64,000 nucleotides of DNA. It comes from Macrostomum lignano. Taxonomy: Eukaryota. This document shows positions 45,576-59,109 of this stretch, piece after piece (the first letter of the stretch is position 1; each line of letters begins with the position of its first letter). The stretch covers positions 1-64,000 of the forward strand of contig NIVC01003312.1 in assembly GCA_002269645.1 (NCBI GenBank), written 5' to 3'. The notes beneath the pieces were generated by a model. It worked only from the letters and a program-made list of their open reading frames with translations, searched no databases and was not told the DNA's origin. The position numbers and the translations under genes were made by a program.

Positions 45576-48500
45576 ATGCATGCAGCCATGGACAGCAGCG
45601 GATCGGCCATGGAAGCCAGCTTCATCAAATCCCAGGTGTGCGGCTGGCCCGAGCCGCGCCAGCTCGAACTGATCGTGGGCGAGCTGACCGGCACAGACCA
45701 GCCGGGCGAGCTCTGCCTGGCCCGGCTGTCCGGCCTGGCCGGTCCAGTCGGCGGCCTGCTGCGGATTCAATTGGACAGCGGCGAATGCGATGAAATCGGC
45801 GATGATGTTGGCGAGGCCGACTTGGCCGATCGGTTGCGCCGGTTCTGCCGCTCCCGACGCGACCTTCGCCTGCTGCCGATCCTGTGCTGGCGGGACCGGC
45901 TGCCGGCTTTGGAGAGGTCGCTGGCCCGCCTGCTGGGCGGCCGGTCCGGCCCGTGGACTCCGGCTGAGGTGAGCAAGCGGCATCAGCTCCGGCGCATCCT
46001 GCCGATTGAACCGGTGGCCACTGAGCTGTGCATCCGGTTCTGCAAGCAGCCTAAGCAGTCGGCCGCCTCAGTGGCTATGACCAACCGCCTGCTAGCTGAT
46101 TTAAAGCACTGCATTGGCCAGGATCCGAATTTCTCTCATTTGGCTCTGACTGGCCGGCTGAAGAACTGTAAATTGCATCAAGGCGACTGCGCCTATTATA
46201 GATGTCAGGTGAGATAAATACCTGTCACTGCACTCATTGATTGATTGCTCCCCGACTCTACAAATGCTGAGTGGCCCTCCCATGGTTACTGAGAATAACT
46301 TCTGATAGTACCCTAATCCCTACTGAGAATCGCCCCCTAATCCCTACTGAGGATCGCCCCCTAATCCCTACTGAGAATCGCCCCTAATCCCTACTTAGAA
46401 TCGCCCCCTTATTCCTGACAATTTGAGAATCGTCCCTAATCCCTAATGAGAATCGTCCCTTAATCCCTACTGAGAATCGCCCCTAATCCCTACTGAGAAT
46501 CGCCCCTAATCCCTACTTAGAATCGCCCCCTTATTCCTGACAATTTGAGAATCGTCCCTAATCCCTACTGAGAATCGCCCCTAATCCCTACTGAGAATCG
46601 CCCCTAATCCCTACTGAGAATCGCCCCTAATCCCTACTGAGAATCGCCCTAATCCCTACTAAGAATCCCCCCCTAATCCCTACTGAGAATCGCTCCCTAA
46701 TAAGAATCGCCCCCTAATCCCTACTGAGAATCGTCTCCTAATCCCTACTGAGAATCGCCTTCCTAATCCCTACTTAGAATCACCCCTAATCCCTACTGAG
46801 AATCGTCTCCTAATTCCTACTGAGAATCGTCTCCTAATCCCTACTGAAAATCGTCCCCTAATCCCTACTGAGAATCGCCCCCTAATCCCTACTGAGAATC
46901 GCCCCCTAATCCATACTGAGAATCGCCCCCTAATCCCTACTGAGAATCGCCCCCTAATCCATACTGAGAATCGCCCCCTAATCCATACTGAGAATCGCCC
47001 CCTAATCCCTACTGAGAATCGCCCCTAATCCCTACTGAGAATCGTCCCTAATCCCTACTGAGAATCGTCCCCTAATCCCTACTGAGAATCGCCCCTAATC
47101 CCTACTGAGAATCGCCCCTAATCCCTACTGAGAATCGCCCCTAATCCCTACTAAGAATCGCCCCCTAATCCCTACTGAGAATCGCCCCTAATCCCTACTG
47201 AGAATCGCCCCTAATCCCTACTTAGAATCGCCCCCTTATTCCTGACAATTTGAGAATCGTCCCTAATCCCTACTGAGAATCGCCCCTAATCCCTACTGAG
47301 AATCGCCCCTAATCCCTACTAAGAATCGCCCTAATCCCTACTGAGAATCGCTCCTTAATAAGAATCGCCCCCTAATCCCTACTGAGAATCGCCCCCTAAT
47401 CCCTACTGAGAATCGCTCCCTAATAAGAATCGCCCCCTAATCCCTACTGAGAATCGCCCCTAATCCCTACTTAGAATCGCCCCCTTATTCCTGACAATTT
47501 GAGAATCGTCCCTAATCCCTACTGAGAATCGCCCCTAATCCCTACTGAGAATCGCCCCTAATCCCTACTGAGAATCGCCCTAATCCCTACTAAGAATCGC
47601 CCCCTAATCCCTACTGAGAATCGCTCCCTAATAAGAATCGCCCCCTAATCCCTACTGAGAATCGTCTCCTAATCCCTACTGAGAATCGCCTTCCTAATCC
47701 CTACTTAGAATCACCCCTAATCCCTACTGAGAATCGTCTCCTAATTCCTACTGAGAATCGTCTCCTAATCCCTACTGAAAATCGTCCCCTAATCCCTACT
47801 GAGAATCGCCCCCTAATCCCTACTGAGAATCGCCCCCTAATCCATACTGAGAATCGCCCCCTAATCCCTACTGAGAATCGCCCCCTAATCCATACTGAGA
47901 ATCGCCCCCTAATCCCTACTGAGAATCGCCCCTAATCCCTACTGAGAATCGCCCCCTAATCCCTACTGAAAATCGTCCCCTAATCCCTACTGAGAATCGC
48001 CCCCTAATCCCTACTGAGAATCGTCCCCTAATCCCTACTGAGAATCGCCCCTAATCCCTACTGAGAATCGTCCCCTAATCCCTACTGAGAATCGTCCCCT
48101 AATCCCTACTGAGAATCGTCCCCTAATCCCTACTGAGAATCGCCCCTAATCCCTACTGAGAATCGCCCAATAATACCTACAGAGAATCGCGCCTCCTCTC
48201 ACTGTTTTCGTACTGACCATTCGTGCTACTACCAGTAGTGAATGCATTTATTCCTTTACACAATCCTCTCGCAGCTGATGGCCAGCGCCATATTTGATGC
48301 ATTCCGTGATGTCGTCCCGCCGCCGCCGCCGCCCAACTGCGCCACCGCTGCCGCCGTAGCAGCGGACTCCAACAGTAGAGCGGTCGCGAGTTCGAATCCT
48401 GTCGTTTCTAACAGCGAGAACGACAGCTCAGAGACCGAAGCTGAATCAGTTTGCACGCCGTTCCCCCGTCCGGAGGAGATGCCAGCTCCAGACCTGCTTC

Positions 48501-48712
48501 TCATGGCCGGTTTCTGTCCCGACGCCGACTCTGACGGCCCGCCGCTGATGCCGCCGCCGGCGCTTCAGCAGCAGCCAAAGTCTCGCGTTCCGCCAATCGT
48601 AGACGTCAGTTCTCTCGGGTCTGCACTCGTCGCCTGTCGGGATATTCGACTGGGCGATCCGAATTTTGTTAATGACGACAGACCTGACAGGCCCTATGTG
48701 CATAATAACTGA
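45576..48712 (+). CDS. Hypothetical protein, two coding exons (45576-46208, 48275-48712), ~357 aa; may have an upstream exon
   Basis: Two GC-rich non-repetitive ORFs joined in phase 0 by TGTCAG|gtgaga and ctctcgcag|CTG across a minisatellite-filled intron. An in-frame acceptor tgtacag lies at 45542. No family recognised. Confidence 0.65.
46310..48180. repeat. 22-24-bp minisatellite (CCCTAATCCCTACTGAGAATCGC) containing the telomeric hexamer CCCTAA
   Basis: Direct observation; fills most of the hypothetical gene's intron. Confidence 0.96.
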
Positions 48713-48774
48713 TAGATGTTGGCTCGCGTTCAGTGCCTGACCATATAGCCCATTGGATTCGGAGTTAATTTAAG

Positions 48775-49335
48775 AATCGCCCCTTCTGCCCCCTCTAGAA
48801 TTCCCCTTCTGCCTCCTCTAGAATCCCCCCTTCTGCCTCCTATAGAATTCCCCCTTCTGCCCCTTCTAGAATTCCCCCTTCTATCCCCTCTAAAATCGCC
48901 CCTTCTGCCCCTCTAGAATTCCCCCTTCTGCCCCTTCTAGAATTCCTCCTTCTGCCCCTTCTAGAATTCCCCCTTCTGCCCCCTCTAGAATTCCCCCTTC
49001 TGCCCCTTCTAGAATTCCCCCTTCTATCCCCTCTAGAATCGCCCCTTCTGCCCCTCTAGAATTTCCCCTTCTATCCCCTCTAGAATCGGCCCTTCTGCCC
49101 CTCTAGAATCGCCCCTTCTGCCCCCTCTAGAATTCCCCCTTCTATCCCCTCTAGAATTCCCCCTTCTATCCCCTCTAGAATCGCCCCTTCTGCCCCTCTA
49201 GAATTTCCCCTTCTATCCCCTCTAGAATCGGCCCTTCTGCCCCTCTAGAATCGCCCCTTCTGCCCCCTCTAGAATTTCCCCTTCTATCCCCTCTAGAATT
49301 GCCCCTTGTGTCCCCTCTAGAATCGCCCCTGCCCC
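48775..49335. repeat. ~22-bp C-rich minisatellite (CCCCTTCTGCCCCTCTAGAATT)
   Basis: Direct observation. Confidence 0.94.
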
Positions 49336-49904
49336 TATAGGATCGGCCCCTCTTGCCCATTCTATTGTACAATCACTCTGGAACCATAGAAAGTCACTTC
49401 CCAAATAGGTTAATATTTATCTGTATTTACTAAAAGCCAATTTCAATCTGTCACCTCTCTGTCCTCGGATTCCCGAACCAAGATCAGTTTTGTCGTGGCC
49501 TATCTGGCAATCGTAAAACTCCATACGCTACTTATCTTATATATGCAAATCACGACTTTCTTATCTGGCCATCTGTCTGCCTGTTTTTTTTAAGCGGTTC
49601 GTTGAAAAACGATTTTTTGTACAAACTTGTGCTACTATGGGCCACTCTACTGTGAGTTTACTATTGCTGCTCAAACTGGGGAGATTCACTAAGTCCTACC
49701 GTTGGTTTATGTTTTTGCCCGTGTTTAAATTTTTATTGATCTCAAACTGTTACCTAACATAATATCGTGTGCCAATGCAAGTTTACATATGTGTTTGCAA
49801 CCTACTGGTTTTACCGGTTTTAAAATCTGCTTTTTGTTAACACGCAGCGCCTCCTGTTTCTCGCTTCTCCTTTATTTACTGATCTCCCTCCTGTAGCTCG
49901 TATT

Positions 49905-50720
49905 TTTGTCACTCTCCCTGTGTCACTCTCTCCCTCCATGTGTCACTCTCCCTCCCTGTGTCACTTTCCCTCCCTGTGTCACTCCAGCTCCCTGTGTCAC
50001 TCTCCCCCTCCATGTGTCACTCCAGCTCCCTGTGTCACTCTCTCGCTCCCTGTGTCACTCTCCCTCCCTGTGTCACTCCAGCTCCCTGTGTCACTCCAGC
50101 TCCCTGTGTCACTCCCTCCCTGTGTCACTCCAGCTCCCTGTGTCACTCTCCCTCCCTGTGTCACACCAGCTCCCTGTGTCACTCTCCCTCCCTGTGTCAC
50201 TCTCCCTCCCTGTGTCACACCAGCTCCCTGTGTCACTCTCCCTCCCTGTGTCACTCTCCCTCCCTGTGTCACTCTCCCTCCCTGTGTCACACCAGCTCCC
50301 TGTGTCACTCTCCCTCCCTGTGTCACTCTCCCTCCCTGTGTCACTCTCCCTCTCTGTGTCACACCAGCTCCCTGTGTCACTCCAGCTCCCTGTGTCACTC
50401 TCTCCCTCCCTGTGTCACTCCAGCTCCCTGTGTCACTCTCTCCCTCCCTGTGTCACTCCAGCTCCCTGTGTCACTCTCTCCTTCCATGTGTCACTCTCCC
50501 TCCCTGTGTCACTCCAGCTCCCTGTGTCACTCTCTCCCTCCATGTGTCACCCTCTCCCTTCACGTGTCGCTCTCTCCCTCCCTGGGTCACTCTAGTTCCT
50601 TCCCTGTGTCACTCCAGCTCCCTCCATGTGTCACTCCAGCTCCCTCCATGTGTCACTCCAGCTCCCTCCATGTGTCACTCTTTCCCTCTTTTGTGTCACT
50701 CCAGCTCCCTCCATGTGTCG
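49905..50720. repeat. 18-19-bp minisatellite (CCCTGTGTCACTCTCCCT / CCCTGTGTCACTCCAGCT)
   Basis: Direct observation. Confidence 0.94.
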
Positions 50721-53700
50721 CATCCTTTGCCATTGCCTTTCCTTATGATTTAGTTTTTACTTTGCCCATGCATGTTGATACGTGTCTTATTAACTCGTGT
50801 TTGCAAAATGTTATTTTATGAAACTGCATTAAAGAACTAAAACGTGCAAGGCACTGCAAGCGCTCATAGATTGTAATAGTAATATTAAATCAGCTGCTAA
50901 TCTATCTTTTGTTATAAAACATATTTGCATTTAAACCTGTCCTGTAGGCTGCAGTTGTGCGTGTCGCATCTTGCGTAGTTTTTTATGAATAATCTTGAGC
51001 TTAAGCGGATGTACTTTATACCGTGACAAGACCGTGACACCGTCACCGTGACAAGAATCGCTAAAGAGTCATTGCAATTTTGCAAACAGCTCATAAATGA
51101 CCCTAGCAACTATGGGGCGACTCTTTAACGACTCAAACGACTGCAATGCGACGGAGAGGCGACTGTTGAGTCGCAAGCGCATCATGTAAGTTGCAGAATC
51201 GTTAAAGAGTCGCGCAAAAAAGGTTGTTCAAGAGTCGTTATTTTAGCGTTATTATAAATGCGAAATGCAATTCTAATTCATAGAGTGACGCAGATGCGCT
51301 TTCGATGCAGCTCAGTGATTCTACAGTAACTCTGGCACGCCTCAATTTGACTCTTAGGCAACTCTTTGACGAATTTTTGGCGACTTGTACCGTGACATCT
51401 TGTCGGTTTTAAGTCGTTTAAGAGTCACTTCTTTTCTATTTTACCTGTGTTACCTGCAACGACTCTGGGTCAACACAAGTGACTCTGGGACGCTTCTTGA
51501 CCCATGGACGGCTCCCATGATGTGCTTCCTGTTAATTGATGGTGGGCGGGAGCTGTGAGCAGCAGGATATGACAGCACTAATTAATCGTAATGTTATTAA
51601 CCTTAATAATCAATATACAGGCCTTGCATATAAAGCTTTACTGTTTGTCTGCACTGTTGCTAATAATGAATTTGTGCCTCGCGCTTTCACGGCTTAGTTG
51701 ATCATCGGGGACTGGGCCGCTGGGCTGGTTGGCAAAAGCTGGCGAGTCGAGGAGGCGACAATCGACCCGCAGCCATTCCGCTGACGCCCTGAGCTAGCAC
51801 ACGGATAACAGTGGGTTTCTCATGGTTAGTTAGTTGCAATCTCTGTACCTCGGTGGTTGGCTCGCCGCTCTTCTCATGAACCGAAAGATTCAGGTGAATT
51901 TTCGTGCACACGTGTATTGAAAGAGATTGATTTTACTTTGCACTCCTAAATCGTGCAAATATCGCTGCGAAATGCAATGGCGAGATAGGAAGATCAAATG
52001 CAATAATTGATTGGGATGAAAAACTTGATAACTTTAATAACCGAGGCGGCAGTGTTTAATTGCAGGAGTGAGAAAAGGTGCTCGCTTGAGAGCTAGGCTG
52101 ACAAAATTTGCGCGTGGGGTGGCGGTTGAATACAATACCATACAAATCTCTAAGCCGGTCAATAACAATCGCCAGTGCTAGTGAGTCAACACTTTAGTGC
52201 ATGCAACCTATAGCAGAGTTCATCATGTCACTATGTCACAAAAACAAATATTTTTTTCTTATCGCCGCACTGTATTTTTATTCGAGGAAATAGGCCTTCA
52301 AAAAAGCTACACGATCTTTAAGTTTCACGTCCTGTTATACTACAGTGGTACTTGCGTCCATAGCTATAGCTAATGCGATGCAATTTCCTTGATGATAGAA
52401 CACTTCGCCAACAGTACAAGCGAGCTATCATCACTCAGATTGGCGGGGGAACTCCGAAAGAGGCGATGCAGTGGGAATCATTAGCAGGCCTGACTGCATG
52501 CAGCCGCAGTTTTGATTGGGAAGGCCGCATAGCGACAGCCGGGCAAAGCCTTGAACAAGAAGATTGAGCGTGCGAGCGACCAGTCTTAAAAGAGAATTTA
52601 TGAATAGAGTGAACAGGAAAAGGAAACGCGAGAGAGCATAGGAACGAGAAGGAGAAAGAGGCGCATTGAGAACACGGGATGGCGACGGGGGGAATAATGC
52701 GTGTGAGAGTGAAGGCATGGCAGCTGCGATGAGAGTTACCTTATGCTTACTATTACTGGGGAAGCTGCGCCCCTCATCTGCCTATCTATATCAATCCCTG
52801 TTTAATCCACCCCAATCTGTGTCCTCTGGGCATGCAGTGCAGAGCCGAAAATTGCATTAATCCGCAACACAATGTGTGCCCGCCGCGCCCGCACACAGGG
52901 GGAGAGGAACGGCTCGGTCGACTCAGCTCCTCGTCTATACTTAGTCTCTCCCCACTCCCACGCTGCCTCCGCGTGTCTCTTCAGAAGTTCGAAGGCCCCG
53001 CCCCGAGTATCCCCCAGCTCAGAACGCGGGGAGGGTCGAGGTTGCATCCGCAGCAGCAAATCTCCTGGCCCTTTAGTCTGGATCTCCTGGCCTCAAGCTT
53101 CGCTGTCTCCTTGCTTCTTTTGAGACTTTGCGACAAGAAATTGGAGTGCTGGGAGAGAGGGAGATGCTAAAGCCGCGAGTCGGGGCGCGCTGTCGCTCCG
53201 TTTGAGCTCCGCAGCCCGAGCTGCAGTTCCCTCGCCCCCAATCAGTGCCTACGGGCTGTGCTGGTCGCCAAGGCCCGCCACCTCGTTCCTTCTTCCTTCC
53301 TTCAGCGCTTCAACTCTCCCTCTGCTCTCTCCCTCCGCCCGCGGTTTCTCTACTTCCCAACTTCCTTCTCCCGATCCGATGCCTCTAATACCGTCACTGC
53401 CGCGGGTGACACACGAGCTTCTGCGGCGCTGCTTCGCCGGCCACCCAAACTGAAAGAAGAAAAGAATTAGGGGGGGGGGGAGATGCGATAGGACGGCGCG
53501 GGGGACGGCCCTGTGTGCCGGCATAAACGGCATCGAGGGAAGAGAAGGGAAGCAGGGAAAGGGGGCAGCACACAGTGTGGCGGCTGAGCATATATAAGGT
53601 AGCTCTGGAGGCTCCCAGCCAGCGCTTCCAAAAAAGTAACCACCCCACACTTACCTCGCGTGCGATTCCACATCCTCGTGCAGAGAGAGAGAGAAGCGCC

Positions 53701-53956
53701 TGTCCCTCCTCTTACACGGAACGCGTATTGGAACTCAACTACAGTCGAGGCGTACACGATCGAAGAGTATCAGATTGACGAACTGGGCGGTGAGCGATTG
53801 AGTGCACTTCTGCGTAGATTAGTGAAGAAGCAATAACTGTCAGTAGATTAAATAGCAGCACCCACCCATTGATAGACTGATCAGCAACCTAAGCAATCGA
53901 GTTAAAAAAAATCGAACAATTAGAGGAATTGAAATTGCAGCTTCGTTACTCAGCCA

Positions 53957-54414
53957 GCCAGCCAGCCACTCACTCAAGTCAGTCAGTCAGTCAGTCAGTC
54001 AGTCAGTCAGTCAGTCAGTCAGTCAGTCAGTCAGTCAGTCAGTCAGTCAGTCAGTCAGTCAGTCAGTCAGTCAGTCAGTCAGTCAGTCAGTCAGTCAGTC
54101 AGTCAGTCAGTCAGTCAGTCAGTCAGTCAGTCAGTCAGTCAGTCAGTCAGTCAGTCAGTCAGTCAGTCAGTCAGTCAGTCAGTCAGTCAGTCAGTCAGTC
54201 AGTCAGTCAGTCAGTCAGTCAGTCAGTCAGTCAGTCAGTCAGTCAGTCAGTCAGTCAGTCAGTCAGTCAGTCAGTCAGTCAGTCAGTCAGTCAGTCAGTC
54301 AGTCAGTCAGTCAGTCAGTCAGTCAGTCAGTCAGTCAGTCAGTTAGTCAGTCAGTCAGTCAGTCAGTCAGTCAGTCAGTCAGTCAGTCAGTCAGTCAGTC
54401 AGTCAGTCAGTCAG
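53957..54414. repeat. (CAGT)n microsatellite, ~460 bp
   Basis: Direct observation; one A/T variant near 54343. Confidence 0.98.
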
Positions 54415-54822
54415 CCCCATCTCAACCCGAACACTCTCAGCTGGCCTATATTGCATTCTATTTTTGGTTTGCCCATGTTTTTAATTAAAAGCCGATGGAC
54501 CGCGGCAGGTGTAGGCACGTACGAGTAACTGAAAAACTCAAAAAGGGATTAGGGATTAGCGAAGGGCCGAGAGGATCAGAGCCGAAATTTCAAGAGTTAG
54601 AACAAATGAAAAAATGAAAAAAATTAATAAAACTCGTCAGAAATTTAAACACGTTCGCATTTTTACGTAACTTTTATTAAATCCAGAAGCTTTCCTTTTA
54701 TACGTCTTCAAATTTCCTTGAAGTTGACTGGATAATAATATTTTGGCTAATTAAAAGCAAAATCAAGAGTCAACCGCGCACCAATTTCAGAGCAACTTAC
54801 AGTCTCAACTCACTACTCAAGC

Positions 54823-57800
54823 ATGACTGAGAAGTACAAGCTGATCTACTTTCCCATCCGCTTCCGGGCCGAAGGCCTCCGTTGGACCTTGGCCTACTCT
54901 GGCCTGCCCTGGGAGGACAAGAAGATCATGATGGAGGAGTGGGCCGGACTCAAGCCAAGTGAGCTGTACTGTATACTGTACTGTACTGTACTGGGTTGTG
55001 TCTGTACACTCGGATAGATTGTGTCTGTACACTCGGATAGGTTGTGTCTGTACACTCGGATAGATTGTGTCTGTACACTCGGATAGATTGTGTCTGTACA
55101 CTCGGATAGGTTGTGTCTGTACACTCGGATATGTTGTGTCTGCCTGTACACTCGGATAGGTTGTGTCTGTACACTCGGATATGTTGTGTCTGTACACTCG
55201 GATAGGTTGTGTCTGCCTGTACACTCGGATAGGTTGTGTCTGTACACTCGGATATGTTGTGTCTGCCTGTACACTAGGATAGATTATGCCTGTACACTCG
55301 GATAGAGGGAGAGTTTTGTCTGCCTGTACACTAGGATAGATTATGCCTGTACACTCGGATAGAGGGAGAGTTTTGTCTGCCTGTACACTAGGATAGATTA
55401 TGCCTGTACACTCGGATAGAGGGAGAGTTTTGTCTGCCTGTACACTAGGATAGATTATGCCTGTACACTCGGATAGAGGGAGAGTTTTGTCTGCCTGTAC
55501 ACTAGGATAGATTATGCCTGTACACTCGGATAGATTATGCCTGTACACTCGGATAGAGGGAGAGTTTTGTCTGCCTGTACACTAGGATAGATTATGCCTG
55601 TACACTCGGATAGATTATGCCTGTACACTCGGATAGAGGGAGAGTTTTGTCTGCCTGTACACTAGGATAGATTATGCCTGTACACTCGGATAGAGGGAGA
55701 GTTTTGTCTGCCTGTACACTGGACCGCACACGCAGCGTATTATTAATGCCGCATCGATCAGCTTAGGCGGCCAGTTCAGTTACAAGACGGCCCCGTTAAT
55801 AACAGACTCAAAGCAATCTCAGCTAGCCCTGACTTCGTTAGGGTGGGGGATGGGGTGCAGACCTGCGCAGAGGATATTGCCCACGGCCGGTAATTGGCGC
55901 CTACGGGATGTCAACGGTAGTTCGAGTCGAGTTCCTCGGCTTGCTTAGCTAGAAATCTCCGTACCGTTTCCACAGCTTCCCGTTCTTGCCCTGGGTTCCT
56001 TATTTCTCTTAGCAGAAGAAGCAACTGTCCTACAAAGCCAAATATCTGCTTCCGCGCTCGTGCAGAGAAAAAAGAAATTTTCCGGCCGGCGTCCTGTCGG
56101 CGACCTGTTTTTTATTGCCGAACCCTTCCCCTCTGTATCCTCTTCTTGTCTTGTCTCCTCTTCAGCATTCTTTCCTTTTTTACATTCTTCCTCACTGAGT
56201 CGCACCCCTCACTGAGTCGCCCCCCTCACTGAGTCGCCCCCCTCACTGAGTCGCCCCCCTCACTGAGTCGCCCCCCTCACTGAGTCGCTCCCCTCACTGA
56301 GTCGCCCCCCTCACTGAGTCGCTCCCCTCACTGAGTCGCTCCCTCTCACTGAGTCGCCCCCTCATTGAGTCGCCCCCCTCACTGAGTCGCCCCCCCCTCA
56401 CTGAGTCGCTCCCCTCACTGAGTCGCTCCCTCTCACTGAGTCGCCCCCTCACTGAGTCGCCCCCTCATTGAGTCGCCCCCCTCACTGAGTCGCCCCCCTC
56501 ACTAAGTCGCCCCCTCACTGAGTCGCCCCCTCACTGAGTAGCTTTCTCTTTCATTCCCCCTTCTTCTGCATTTCTCGTTGTTTCTCATCGATTCAATTAG
56601 ATATTTTTCTGTTTCTGTTCCCTGTTTCATCCGCCCCCCTCCGCGTGCGACTCTCCTCTCTCTCTAAAATCTTCTCCTGCCCACCCTTTCACCTGGCTGA
56701 CTGCGGCTCCCCTGGGAGGCTCTGGGACGCGGAGACTCGATGAAAAACGTGCACGCTGAGTCCCTACACAAGCGGCAGGTGTTCCGGGAGGCCAGGTTAA
56801 TCCCATTCCTTGTTTTTTCCAGTCATTCTGTCAGCCTAGGACGGCTACATCGCTTCAGCCTTGACGCTTTTCTGTGCCCCTGAAATCCCCTTTTTTTAAC
56901 CTTCTCCCATGCCCCACCCCCTCCTGCTCCGTCCCTCCTCTGCACGGAATCTCTCGGTTTAGCAGAGGAGCTGGGGGGGTGGTGGGGGGCACGTGGCTGC
57001 AAGCAGCCTGCATGATGAGCTATCCCTCTCTGCTTCTTAAGTCCCAAAAGTTCCGTGACGAACCGAGCTTGCCAGACCAAGAAGCCGCGGAGAAGCAGGC
57101 AGGCTTCAGCTTGAAGCAAATGGGATTAAAAGAACACAGCAATCCTTGCTCTAATCGCAAGAAGACTTTCTTCTTTCAGGCTTCTTTAGCCGACCCTAGT
57201 TCCGACCTGTTTTTTAGAAATCCAAGAGTCGCAGGATGAAGAATAGAGGCTGCGTGCACGTTTCCCAGGCTCAGAATCCATCAAGCAGTGTTTAGGCCTG
57301 ACTGGGCACACATCTTATTGCCTTGACTGACTCTATTGAAACTCTGCGCGTGTCGGGACTTGCTCAATTAGCCTTGTGTCCTGGGGGCCACTTACTGGCC
57401 TGCCAGCCCAAGCGAAAGGCCCGGAGCAGCCTGGAGCAGCCCTGCGCAACTATTACTACTAATAGTACCTGATCGAATATCGCTAGTAGGCAGCAGGGAA
57501 CACATCATTCACGCATTACCTGTCACATCATCCACACCTCACCTGTCACATCATCCACACCTCACCTGTCACATCATCCACACCTCACCTGTCACATTAT
57601 CTACACCTTACCTGTCACATCATGCACACCTCACCTGTCACATTATCTACACCTTACCTGTCACATCATCCACACCTCACCTGTCACATCATCCACACCT
57701 CACCTGTCACATCATCCACACCTCACCTGTCACATCATCCACACCTCACCTGTCACATCATCCACACCTCACCTGTCACATCATCCACACCTCACCTGTC

Positions 57801-58653
57801 ACATTATCTACACCTTACCTGTCACATCATGCACACCACACCTGTCACATCATGCACACCACACCTGTCACATCTAAACATCTTAAATCCGCAGCCGTGC
57901 CGTCCGGCATTTTGCCCTGTCTGGTGACCCCTGACGGCCGCAAGCTCGTCCAGTCGGCAGCCATCGCCCGGTTCCTAGCCGTCCGGGCTGGCATCTACCC
58001 GGCCGGCGAGGCCGAGCAGTGCAAATGCGACGAGTTGATTGCCCTGGTGCAGTGCGACCTCATGGCCGCCTACGAGCAGTTCCTGCCGCTGCGGCCGCAG
58101 GAGGAGCGCCGGCGCGGCTACGACAACTGGAACGAGAAGGCCGCGCCAAGGATTCTGGGCTATTTGGACGGCATTCTGGCTGACAGCCAGTCGGGCTACC
58201 TCATCGGGGACGAGGCAAGCAGATGCTTTGCACTTTTAGTTTTGAAGAAATCGACTCGCACTTGGAGTTTCCTTGCTAGTAGGGACTTCAAAAGTACCAG
58301 CTAGAAATTTACTTAGGAGTTCCCTGCGAGAGTAAAAATAGATCTGTATTGGGGATTTCCCTCGACCTTGATTTGGGATTCCCCCTGCGCACGTAGAGCA
58401 CAAAAATAGATCTCTTCTGTATAGGCATTTCCCTGCGCACATACGCAAAAGTAGCTTGAACTACCCGCAGCTGACAGTCGCCGACCTGCTAGTAGCAGCG
58501 GTCGTGGACTCCCTGTCGCAGATCCCAGAGGTCCGAGCGTCGGCCCAGTCCAGGAAGCACCTGACCGCCCACCTGGCCAAGCTGCGCCAGCAGGAGAAGC
58601 TGGCCGCCTATTTGAAGTCGCGAGACGACTCATTTCCCGGCTTTAACGTGTGA
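54823..58653 (+). CDS. Glutathione S-transferase, sigma-class-like, 3 exons
   Basis: Exons 54823-54958, 57895-58214, 58471-58653. Translation MTEKYKLIYFPIRFRAEGLRWTLAYSGLPWEDKK...WAGLKPTVPSGILPCL..DGRKLVQSAAIARFLA...GYLIGDE|LTVADLLVA...LAAYLKSR. Intron 2 has a GC donor. Confidence 0.9.
54990..55721. repeat. 23-27-bp minisatellite (TGTACACTCGGATAGATTGTGTC and derivatives) in GST intron 1
   Basis: Direct observation; starts ~30 nt after the donor. Confidence 0.94.
56202..56540. repeat. 17-bp minisatellite (CACTGAGTCGCCCCCCT) in GST intron 1
   Basis: Direct observation. Confidence 0.94.
57519..57873. repeat. 23-bp minisatellite (CACCTGTCACATCATCCACACCT) ending ~20 nt before the GST exon 2 acceptor
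   Basis: Direct observation. Confidence 0.94.
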
Positions 58654-59109
58654 GCTGCGGAGGAGGGCAAGCAAAAGAAAAACGCAGGAGGCGAACCGCC
58701 AACTGACCCTTTATTTGAGACTCGAAGCGACTAATCTTCTCACTGATTCTAATCATAAATCACGTTTAAGAAATTCAGTCCACGCTTTTCTCATTAAGCT
58801 GTAGAATTTTCAGCTTGTTCGCTACCTAATCATTAATTGTTTGAGTCGGCAATTTTCAATAAATAGTAAAATAAACTCTTCAAATGAGTCAGCTTTGCAC
58901 TCTTGTAAGGCCATCAGCAGATAACGGCAAGCAGTCACTGCCGCCTACTTGCCGTCCATTTAAAACTAAGTTGCAAAAAATCACAAATATAATGGCCTGA
59001 GTTTGAGTTGAAGAAACTGAAAAAGCCTTATGCAGCTAGAAGCGCCATTTGAAGGCTAGAGGTGGCAAAGGGGGTCAAATGGAGGTCAAATGGAAGTCTG
59101 AGGTGTCAA

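Noticed and set aside
51099-51473. GAGTCG/CGACTC-rich segment with possible TGACCC...GGGTCA ends (MITE candidate)
   Set aside because: The terminal match is too short to call without a copy-number search.
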